Assembly (NCBI RefSeq): GCF_052425735.1
Contig: NC_135769.1
Location: 16,988,001-17,052,000, forward strand
Source of the DNA: Oculina patagonica
Lineage: Eukaryota
Direction: 5' to 3'
DNA length: 64,000 nucleotides
The notes below the pieces were generated by a model. That model saw only the letters and a program-made list of their open reading frames with translations. It did no database searches and had not been told where the DNA came from. Positions 50,715 through 61,238 of this stretch are shown piece by piece (within the stretch, counting starts at the first letter, position 1; each line of letters begins with the position of its first letter). The position numbers were made by a program, and so were the translations under genes.

Positions 50715-51757
50715 TAGCCTGCGAACAGGCTCCCGAGTGGGGTTACGCGAGCGAAGCGAGCGGCGAACGCGAGCTAAGCGAGCGGAAGAGCGGGGCCTGA
50801 GGGGGAATACGGGGCGCGGGAGCCTGTGGACAGTCCTTTGAAACCGCCGATCCATGATACCAGATTCTGGTATCATGATCTGATAGGTCAGACCGCTAAT
50901 TTTTGACAACTGAACGATGAATATTGATAGATGCTGTCAACACAGAGTATTGCGCTACAAATTTTCATACTCTTGGCTGCCGTGATCGATTATGATTGCC
51001 GATTTCTTCGATAACGTTTTCCTGTCCATGGACAATAATATTGCCGCGCGAACTTTACGGATCTCCTAGAAGATTTTCCTGTCACATTCTCTTTGTTGCC
51101 CAAAAGTCAATTTTGTTGGCGGTTTGCCGAAGGTGTTTCACTACTCGGCGATCGTAGCGCCGAAGTTCTTTTTTAGCCTGGCGGAGTCGTACACTCAGTA
51201 GAATTCTCTGGTTGTTCCAAAGATTTATTGCAACGGCCGGTAATCATTTCGCGGGAATTAGAAAGTCGGACAAGTTGTCGAGTACAAGAAAGGCATGACA
51301 ATTCAGAATAATTTTCTCCACGCTGCAAGCGTTGTCCCAGCTTTTCAATTTCCGCAGCTAAAATCACACTTTCTTTGTAAGAAGCCACAAGCAATTCTTT
51401 GTTTTTAGCGTGTTGAATACGAAAACCACTGGCGCTCGTTTGCCCTGAGGCATCAGGGATTTCTTGCAGAAACGGCAAATCTGTTTTCCGTTGAAAATAC
51501 CCAAGTGCGCGCGAATGTTATGAGAACCGATGTATTCGAGCGTAAAATACATAATTTTTGACAGGTCTAATTACCTTTCTGACAGATTTGTTACAGGATA
51601 TATTAATTTATTACAAGTGGGCGAATGGGCGGAATTAAACAAAGTCTACAGGCTCCCCCTCAGGCCCCGCTCTTCCGCTCGCTTAGCTCGCGTTCGCCGC
51701 TCGCTTCGCTCGCGTAACCCCACTCGGGACCCCACTCGGGAGCCTGTTCGCAGGCTA
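50715..51757. mobile_element. Non-autonomous TIR element, AcademH-like
   Basis: ~100-bp GC-rich TIR starting TAGCCTGCGAACAGGCTCC. 9-bp TSD GAAATAAAA (50706-50714, 51758-51766). Empty site in the right arm at ~54815-54830. Confidence 0.85.
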
Positions 51758-52616
51758 GAAATAAAACAATTCAAAGCGAAATGTCTTCACAAAGTAGTCT
51801 CGTAGCGTGTCATATTTTATCCTGGTGGTTCTGTTTCATTAAATTACTAACTATTTAACACTGGTAAAAGTTATTTTTAGTTCCGGCTGTATCGATTCTG
51901 TAAAGTTTTTCGAATACCTCAGTCTGTGTGTCAACAACATGAATTTTGCAAATACAGTATGTGTTCATAAACAAGATAATGATCTTATCGACAAGCGTAT
52001 CTATAGGAGAACATCGAAAAATGAAGTAACTGTGTTCAACTGCTTGTATATTTTCCTTTTAAGAGTGCGGGTCCTCGACTTGATATTATACGCCAGAACT
52101 GATACATGTACATGTTTACCAAGAACTGCAAGAACTGGAATTAGATGTTTGTCTGAATGTCTGTTGATTTCCTGTTTAACAATAACAATAAAAAAAAACA
52201 CTCTTGGCTATAAAGCAAAAGATACTTTACCACCAGCAGCAGCTTACCATACATGTCCAAACATAACAAGTAACGATTCTCGGCTGGTTGAGCAAATACC
52301 AAACACATTCGAAAAAGCGATCTCCACAGCCGTTGTCAGCCGTCGTCACACTCTCCCCTTCGCTCCATTGTTCCCAAGCTGTCTGCCTTTCTCCCGTTTG
52401 CAGTTCTCTGTCTTTTTACTGCGGCATTCACAACCAATCTCGACTCACTCTTTGTACCTCCAGACTCTTAAAGTCAAATTCCATCCTTTGGATAGCGGAG
52501 AAAGGGAAGGTTTTATGCGGGTGTTGGGTGGGGGGGGGGGGGGGTCAAAGTTTATTTTGTCATTGATCTTATTGTCCCACGAAGTGACTGACCAGATTAC
52601 CTGGTGTAATCAGTTA

Positions 52617-53941
52617 CCTTAAGCTAAAGATGGTAGTAATTTTAGCGATTTTTTTTAGCAAGATTTAGCGACAATGTAATTTAGCGATTTTCAGATTTTT
52701 TAAAAAAAAAAAACAGCAGGCCCTAGAAAAAAGATACTCAGTGTAAACCAGTATTTCATAAAGTAATAGCTAAGATGGAAATAAATGTTCAGTAAAAGAA
52801 CAGAATCACTAGACGGCATTGTCAGAAAGAACAAATTTTCGATATCCATTTCTTAAAATAATTTTTGATGTCGACTATGATTAATTTATTTTCCTTTGGG
52901 GAGGGGGGAGGGAGGTACTAAAATTTAACGAGTATTAAATTTGACGAAGACTAATTTTCGTGCTACTCGCTCAAATCACTAAAATTAGAAGCCGTTAAAA
53001 ATTGCACCCTTGAGGTATGTTGTACTGACAGCAGCCTGGGAACTAGCTAAGGGTTGGCCCTCAGCCCTCAGATACTGAGGTGGACAGGAATTCAGGAAGA
53101 GAGGTTTAACTTAAAAAAAAAAACAACAGCGACAAAAAACCTTGTAGTAGAGAGAAGAAAAGGACCAACCTTGCAGAAAAAAATTGGTCGGAAATCATTT
53201 CCTGTCTCCACTTCTCAGTATTTGAAGGTTTGCCCCTTGCCTTATTTTAGGATATGTGGGACGATTAAATGCAGAGGGCCACACAACGTTAGGAAGACTT
53301 TGGCACAATTCTTTGTCGGATCTCACGTAGCTTGGAGATGCGTGTACTAGAAGTCACTCAAGGTGTATAAAACAGTAATTTTAAATGCACGGCTAGTACG
53401 ACGACACTTAGTATTGGACAATTTATTAGGAGCTAGCTTATGTGTACTAAACAGTGGCGGATCCAGACCTTTAGGTAGGTGGGGCCCCCAATCATCCTTA
53501 CCTGAAATTAGCTCTTGAAGATGATTTTTCTTGGTCCCGTGGGCCTCGGTTTAGCCTAAAAATAATGGGGACCAGGGCCCAATGGCTTCTCCCCTTGATC
53601 CGCCACTGTTTTTAATAGTTGCAGACGCAACAGAACACAGAGCATTTTAACTTGGTCCCGCATTCATGCAACTACATTCCTGGACAAGTTCTTGCAACAG
53701 GACCACATTAAGAGCCCTTTTCCTCACTTGTGGAACAGGAACAAACAGCTAGTCCAAGTTCATTGCAAAAGAATTGTAGCTGCCACAGATTTTTCTTCGA
53801 AAGAGAGTTTGCCTGAACCATTTCCCACACAAGGGCCTGGCCTAAAAAAACAAATTCTGAAAGCGCTAAATTAAATAGTCACTAAATCTTGCTCAGAAAA
53901 ATGGCTTAAATAAGTAGCCGCTAAAAATAGCAACCTTAAGG
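52617..53941. mobile_element. TA-flanked Tc1/mariner-type non-autonomous element at the palindrome centre
   Basis: TA|CCTTAAG...CTTAAGG|TA, with imperfect extended TIR and TTTAGCG subterminal motifs. Confidence 0.55.
53452..53608. mobile_element. Short MITE with CAGTGGCGGATC TIRs (hAT-like)
   Basis: CAGTGGCGGATC / GATCCGCCACTG. No clear TSD. Confidence 0.7.
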
Positions 53942-56237
53942 TAACGATTACTTCTGCAATTCTGGTAATCTGGTCAGTCACTTTGTGGGACAATAAGATC
54001 AATGACAAAATAAACCTTGACCCCCTACCACCCCACCCCCTCCCCCCACCCACCCAACACCCGTATAAAACCTTCCCTTTCTCCGCTATCTAAAGGATGG
54101 AATTTGATTTTAAGAGTCTGGAGGTACAAAGAGTGAGTCGAGATTGGTTTTGAATGCCGCAGTAAAAAGACAGAGAACTGCAAACGGGAGAAAGGCAGAC
54201 AGCTTGGGAACAGTGGAGCGAAGGGGAGAGCGTGACGACGGCTGACAACGGCTGTGGAGATCGCCTTTTCGAATGTGTTTGGTATTTGCTCAACCAGCCG
54301 AGAATCGTTACTTGTTATGTTTGGACATGTATGGTAAGCTGCTGCTGGTGGTATAGTATCTTTTGCTTTATAGCCAAAAGTGTTTTTTTTTTATTGTTAT
54401 TGTTAAACAGGAAATCAACAGACATTCAGACAGACATCTAATTCCAGTTCTTGCAGTTCTTGGTAAACATGTACATGTATCAGTTCTGGCGTATAATATC
54501 AAGTCGAGGACCCGCACTCTTAAAAGGAAAGTATACAAGCAGTTGAACACAGTTACTTCATTTTTCGATGTTCTCCTATAGATACGCTTGTCGATAAGAT
54601 CATTATCTTGTTTATGAACACATACTGTATTTGCAAAATTCATGTTGTTGACACACAGACTGAGGTATTCGAAAAACTTTACAGAATCGATACAGCCGGA
54701 ACTAAAAATAACTTTTACCAGTGTTAAATAGTTAGTAATTTAATGAAACAGAACCACCAGAATAAAATATGACACGCTACGAGACTACTTTGTGAAGACA
54801 TTTCGCTTTGAATTGTTTTATTTCTTTCACAGTGCGAGTTACACAGTGTGAGCGGCAAAGTCGGTAAATATGACACGAAACTTGACCTTTGTATTTTTGC
54901 GGTCAGATCAATTATCCCATCCTCTAAAATTAATTTTTATATGAATACAAAACAGTAAATTATACATAAGATAGGTAGACTTTTTCGAGCATAAACTGTA
55001 GCCAAAGTGAGAAAAACTAAAACACATTGAATAAATCAGATCGAAATGTGTTTACTGGTGTTGCGTGACCGTGACAATTTTTGTAGTCAATACATGAAAT
55101 ATTCACTATGCGTTTACTTCTCTCAACGGGTGGTTTTTCAATTGCCCGGGCTGGATTTTTTATATGTTACAGTACCATAATAGTACTTGACGCCGATCTA
55201 TTTTTTATTCCAAATCTCGATGTACCAGAACACGATTTTTGCCACCAAAGTTACCCTTGTTTCAAGTGTTTACCAAAGTGCTCAAAATACCAATTTTCGG
55301 GCTTTAAAAAAGATCTGTTTAATTGCATCGTTTTGCAATATTTTAGGTTTCTGTGTAGTATATTGGATGCCCCGCATACCTGCCAAAGATAAATTTCATA
55401 CGTTCAACCTTCTTTCCGTACGAGTGTTTTGAATACCCACAAAAATTCGACAAAATTTTATGGCGGCGGGGACGCGAAAACGGCCTTTTAACCTTTTGCC
55501 GATTTTCTCAAATATAAAAACCCTTTGAAAATTTTAAATGTCATTTTCGTAAATAGCTCACCAAAGGGTTTCTTTTGACTGAATATGAAGAAATGCGAAT
55601 TCGGAGTTTTGAAATTTTTTTCTCGAAAATTCCAGTCGGTAGCACTTAAGCGCTTTTATCACTAATTTTACGCGCATCCAGTATAACACCATTGTTTGAC
55701 ATCAATGATGTCTGCAAATGATTAGTCATGTTTGCATAATTACAAACTCGAATTGTTCTTTCAGTGCTTTCAAATCGAATGAAAAACAACTAGTACTGAT
55801 ACCTCTATTGCGTGATACTTTAAACCGCTACTGTGATCCGAAAGGGGAATCCTGTCAACCTGTTTATACCAGCTAAGATAAAAACAGAACATGTCACACC
55901 TGGCGAACTAGTTATACCAGCAAAGGGAAAAATTGAAAGTAAAATCACCCACAGCTTAATTAAATCCACTGCATTTTATTCATGACTCTATGACGGTACC
56001 CAGTTAATGTACTCCTGCTGACGCAAATGAGATTCCTGCTCAAAAAAGTGGCCTAAAACATCCCCCCATACTACTTAAGTTAGAACTCACTTCGAAAAGA
56101 CATTCCAACAGCTTTCATCTATTTTTGAGAAATGTGATTACTTACAGACATTTTTCTGTGTTATTATATGGCCGTATGCTTGCATTAGCCTTGAAAGCTG
56201 CGTTTGTTCTATTGTTGCTTAAACACCTAAAACCTTT

Positions 56238-57428
56238 TCAGTTTTTCATATTTTTTTGCAGAAATGTTGAGCAATCAGTCCCTGCATCTCCTGTTACCTG
56301 TTTACCCTCTGTAAATGTTGTGCATGTCGCCGTTTCTATATTCCCTATGTCTGCTGCAGCGCCAGAAAAAGGCAAAGATTTTCTCCTCGATTTCACTTCG
56401 TTAAGTGGTGTTTCCGAAGAAATAATTTTTGCTGAGGAAAATGAGAATGGTTTTGGTGCTGCTATGTTACGAGCAGGTTCCTCACATCCATTGGTTGGTT
56501 TCCCTGTTGCAGGCCCCACATGCACAACAGCTGCCTGTCCTCTTGCTGTTTGCTTTTTCTTGCACAACAACATGTCGCGGAGATGTTCACGGAAGCTTTT
56601 CATCCGCATGCTGTACATCACCGGATTAACACAAGAGTTGAAGGTGACCAATAATGAACCACTCTTATCGTGCCACGGACCAATAACTACTTCTCCACCC
56701 CAGTACTGTATGACGTAAGCTATCAAGTTCGGAATCCAGGAGAATGCGTAGATAACGCTGACCGTAATCAGCGTTATGGTAACTTGCTTGCGATAGCGTA
56801 GCGCAGCCCTCTGGGAAGCTTCCAAATTCTCGACTGGCTTGAACCACAAGTGCTGCACTACTCTGGAGTACAGGTATACCATGATGCTTACAGGGACTAT
56901 GCCTGCTAGAACCATCCAAGCCAAACTTCCCACTTTGGCCTCCACGTAGCCAAAGTTACCGTCACGTTTGCACGAACGTAGGTCGGGTCGATAATATCTG
57001 ATTTCTATAAAGCCATGCATTTGCATCAAAATAGCAAAACTCCGTCCAAGGACGATGAAGACTTTCAGACGTCGCTTTGTAAATCTACCGCGCTGGCGAA
57101 GTGGATGAATAATGGCAAAATAGCGTTCCACAGCAATGTAGACCAAGCACAGAACGGACATAGCACCACCAACCCACGCTATAGTTCCGTCTGTGAAAAA
57201 TTTACACAGGTATCGGCCTGTCTGTCCTTCGGGATGGACAATGAATGGCATCATAATGTACTGAATACTTATGGCTAAGGAGAGAATCGTGTCGGCGACA
57301 GCTAAATTGACCAGTAGATAATTGAGTGTAGTCTTCATGGGCTTGTTGACAAGGACAGTTAAAATGACCAGCGTGTTGCCGACCAGGGATATAAGTAAAA
57401 GGATTGATTGCAGCACGATAAATATCAT
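56238..57428 (-). CDS. Class A GPCR copy 13 (type D, 396 aa), W4.50R, last ~30 codons lost by frameshift
   Basis: 7TM ORF. Remnant NNTEKCL* lies in another frame near 56142-56165. Confidence 0.85.
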   Translation of the reverse strand: MIFIVLQSILLLISLVGNTLVILTVLVNKPMKTTLNYLLVNLAVADTILSLAISIQYIMMPFIVHPEGQTGRYLCKFFTDGTIAWVGGAMSVLCLVYIAVERYFAIIHPLRQRGRFTKRRLKVFIVLGRSFAILMQMHGFIEIRYYRPDLRSCKRDGNFGYVEAKVGSLAWMVLAGIVPVSIMVYLYSRVVQHLWFKPVENLEASQRAALRYRKQVTITLITVSVIYAFSWIPNLIAYVIQYWGGEVVIGPWHDKSGSLLVTFNSCVNPVMYSMRMKSFREHLRDMLLCKKKQTARGQAAVVHVGPATGKPTNGCEEPARNIAAPKPFSFSSAKIISSETPLNEVKSRRKSLPFSGAAADIGNIETATCTTFTEGKQVTGDAGTDCSTFLQKNMKN

Positions 57429-57845
57429 CTTAACAAGAATTCAGAGTCACTTTGATCTAAATGTGAAAACACATAGTGAGAGACTACTGATAGCTTTTTT
57501 CACTAAAAGCAAACAGTATTGATATTTCACATTCATCAGTCACCTTCATAGACTAAATATCTAAGCCAAGTACATCGATTTTACCACAATAAAAATAACA
57601 TAACTAACACGAGACTATGAAATTACAAAAAGTGATAATATTATACCCATCTCGTAGCTTTTTCTTATTTCTTGAACGAGGAATACCAGCGAATAACGAA
57701 TCCCTATAAATCCCTCTCACATTCTGTATTGGTTCGGTGGTCCCTATTGCAAATACATGACTGTGTTTTGGAGAAAAATTATCATTCATACCTCGACTAT
57801 TAAAAGAAGTTCGGAAGAAGATTCTGTAATAATTCCTTCCAACTA

Positions 57846-58308
57846 CAGTACTTACCCGCTTATAAGAACCTGCAATTTAAGAACCTGTTAGCCTAAAAAT
57901 ATCAATTTAGACCCCATTTACATAAGAACCTATTTAGCCTAAAATTTGAAACAGGTTCTTATAGAGAGGTTCTTATAGAAATTAACCTAAAAAAAACTTC
58001 ATGCAAAAAAACATAACTCGAAAGTAGTGAACTTGAACATGTATACACTTCTAAATTAGGCGACTTTTTGGCTTAATAAACAAGTTTGACTAGTGAAAGT
58101 TGCTTATTAAACAAAAAAGACCCTGTTTTGGCATTAAATTAATATACATGCCACCTTTCTACCATTCACAGGTGTATAATATATTTCTCATTAAATAAGA
58201 ACATATTTAAGAACCTGCGTAGCCTAAAATCCCACTAAGCACCATTTACATAAGAACCCGTTTAGGCTAAATTTGAAAAAATGGGTTCTTATAAGCGGGT
58301 AAGTACTC
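57846..58308. mobile_element. Tc1/mariner(pogo)-type MITE
   Basis: TA-flanked TIR CAGTACTTACCCGCTTATAAGAACC. Internal TAAGAACCT repeats. Confidence 0.85.
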
Positions 58309-59763
58309 TATAGCATCCAAAGTAACAACGAGGGTCTTTATTTTTGAAACTTAACGATATCATATAATACGAAATTTTGCGCTGAAGCCTACCTACGATT
58401 TCTCGAATGGCGGCAAATGGTAGAGCACACCTTGGGAAGCACTGTGTTGGTGAAAGAAACGCTTCAGTGACACATAGCTTTAGTTTGGACTAATTCATGG
58501 CTTCGAAAACCTTTCGGCCCTTTGATGTACAAATAGCCTAAATTTTATTTCATAATTTTCTACCTTGAAGTTGACTGTTTGTTTGTTGTTTGTTTGAGAA
58601 GGACTGCGATTGACTCAAGTTCCAAACAAAAGTAAACAAAAAACGGCACATGAAGAAATAATAAGATTACTCAGCGGTACTTTTTATCTATTGTTACTGA
58701 TGCTGATTAAATATCTCTCATTTTTATTTATATACTTTAAAATGATATTCCTTTGCTTGGTGCTTGGCTTCACAATCACTGTTCACGAAGAGTTATATTT
58801 TTGTAAAACGAGCTTTTCTGGATTTTAATAAACAACGAAATCCTCGACCAAGATTGAAAACATGCACATGAGCACATTTCTTCCTAACAAAATTGTTCAG
58901 AAATCTATTAATGCAAATATTATTTTTTCGTGTTTACTATTTCCGTACGAATAAGCACTTTTTGATTACTTTGCCATCCTGCGGAGGTTTTATTGGATTT
59001 TTCATTTTCACAAAACAAAAAGCCTTTTATAAGAAGCTCTACACATGCGAACGGTAATTGTACACAGGAAACAAATGCATTAGACTCCTGTCAAGGTTTA
59101 TACAATTTAGTTCCTCTCAAGAGGGAAAACACTCATTGATCGTGGTCATAATATTGTACACTCCCCAGGTTTAGGACTGAACGTTACAAGAGGTCTTTTA
59201 TAAAGAGATGTGTTTTCAAATTGTGTAGAACTTTATTATTGAATTGGCATCGATGGCCTTTTGGTAACTTTCATCTTTTATGTATTGTAAAATTGTTGAA
59301 TGAAGTAAACTAAGTATATAGGCGCTGTTAAAAGAACACTGTATTGACTTCCATCTGCCAGGATTCGGCAAATCTATCATTTGTATTTACATTTTGAAAG
59401 CGCAGATCTAATTCAACTCGGTTCTCTTTGTCGTTGGTCTGTATGCGCCGATATGTCAATCATAACAATTGACTGACCTCTTGAAATTAATATAGTTTTG
59501 TCAGCCATTTACAGGAATGAGACTTTCTCTTTCACTCGCTACCGTTTTCTTCTTCTTGCATAAATAAGTAAAACAAGGAAATGCAGTACAAAGAGTTATA
59601 TTTACTTTATTATTTCACTTTTATTAGACTTTATATTTAACCTGGGAGTTATTGACAAATTTATTAGTCAAGAGCAAGGTAGGCAATGACAACAATGATG
59701 AAAGCGAATTTATATGCAGTGCTCATTCTCGTTTTGGAAATCACTTACAGAAGGTCTAAGAAC

Positions 59764-60118
59764 CCATAAGGCCTCTATGAAGCCCCCACCCACCCTTCTC
59801 TCTAATCATAGTTCCCCCCTTTTTGGAGCTTTAAAATTTATTAAGCCCCCCCCCCCCCCCCCTTTCCTTTACAAACAAAACAAACGGCAGACTGTATTAC
59901 CGGTGCATTTTTACCGTACCAATCCAGGCACTAATTCACATACAGTACTCGCGAGCTTTAGGGGAAATATTGATTAATCACTAATACATGTACATGAAAC
60001 ACTTCATTGCCAGTTATCCACACGCTGAAAGTAAATAGCCTCGCCCTCTGTATTTAGTCCCCCCTCGTGCATGCTTGAAATATATAAACCCCGTGGTGGA
60101 TTAATAGAGACTTTATGG
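59764..60118. mobile_element. Degenerate MITE at the edge of the GPCR array
   Basis: Imperfect TIR CCATAAGGCCTCTAT / ATAGAGACTTTATGG(TA). Homology to ~48450 stops here. Confidence 0.55.
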
Positions 60119-60483
60119 TAATCTCTAAAAAGCTGTCAAAATCTCTTTGCACGTCCGATATGCGGGCTTGCTGCCCTTTTCATTATTATTATGTACACTT
60201 TACACACTTTATTTTACACTTTATGTATATTGCTTATAATTATTTTGCAAACAATCTCTGCTGTCATCTGACATCGAATCGTGGCGTCCTTTTTTACAGT
60301 CCGAGAAACTAGGATCTATGCATACAGACTGGCGTCATATCTACAGACATAGATATTTATTAATTATGGTTAATTAATTAATTATTCCATTAATTATTAT
60401 TACTGAGTGACTTTATATATGTTGTTTGATGCAAATTTAATTATTTTTTTGGGCTCAGCTTTTAGTTCCACTCTTTCCCCCAG

Positions 60484-61164
60484 AGCAGTGTCAAGGATTA
60501 ACCAATCAAGAGAAGAACCGCCTCGCGGCCAATCGGTGGAGGGCCCTCTCAGAGGAGGAGAAAAAAAAGTTTGAAGAAATAGCTAAAAAATACAAGCATC
60601 CTGATATCGCTGATTGGTCACAGGAGGAAAGAAACAAACTTATTGCTAGACATAGAAGGCAGTTATTGGCAGAGGTATCAGATGTACTTTGCTTGTTCCT
60701 TATTTTTTTTTAAAAAAAAGTAGAGAATAGTCGTGTTTCACATAGCCTGATGCAAATTTGGGAGAATTTGTATGTACACCGTTACTTTGAATTTTCTCGA
60801 GTGTCGCCGTATATGTATCAGGCTCAGCGAAAATTTAACAATGTGCAGTATCTCTGATTAATAAAAAAGGGGTGTTAAGCTTCATGGGAGAAAAATGTCT
60901 AAACTATATTTAAACTTGTTACGGTAAGAATGAGTGGCTAGGTCAGAAGTTAAGTTAAGTTAAGTTAAGTTAAAGAAGTATTGTTTTCTTACACGTTGTT
61001 ATGGTACGATTTTAGATTATGCTGTTGGAAGATCTTGGATGCCACAGTTCAATGATATATGTTCGTTGATACTTGTGGTGAATTGTTTAATCTTGGCTCT
61101 ACAGAAGGAGTAAACTTTTTGATGACCAATACCGATGTTGTTGCAAAGTTTAGACAACATTTCT
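60484..61164 (+). pseudogene. Two-exon relic of a spliced gene with an HMG-box-like helix
   Basis: Exon 60484-60674 (ccccag| ... |gtatc) encodes QCQGLTNQEKNRLAANRWRALSEEEKKKFEEIAKKYKHPDIADWSQEERNKLIARHRRQLLAE. Exon 61016-61164 (tttag| ... |gtgagt) encodes IMLLEDLGCHSSMIYV/DTCGELFNLGSTEGVNFL..., with a 4-nt frameshift. Confidence 0.6.
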
Positions 61165-61238
61165 GTGAGTTATTGATAAACTTTAATGTAAATGCTTTGT
61201 CATTTTAGTCCCTAGTGAAAGTTGGCTTTCCTGGATAG

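Larger units (their letters stand above)
49884..55645. mobile_element. TTAA-flanked palindromic DNA element with ~1.7 kb inverted arms (Kolobok/piggyBac-type target; family unassigned)
   Basis: TTAA TSD 49880-49883 and 55646-55649. Empty site at ~1950. Termini GTGCTACCGACTGG / CCAGTCGGTAGCAC. Arms 49884-52616 and 53942-55645. Confidence 0.92.
48675..56074. mobile_element. Foldback-like element copy 2 (left end missing), host of nested insertions
   Basis: Colinear with 205-2013. Right terminus CCATACTAC|TTAA at 56074. (CAC)n/(GTG)n arms and (GAG)n at ~49708-49755. Confidence 0.8.

Noticed and set aside
51939-52622. 227-aa ORF as a transposase
   Set aside because: No DDE or other recognisable motif, and it is frameshifted in the mirror arm (54090-54643).
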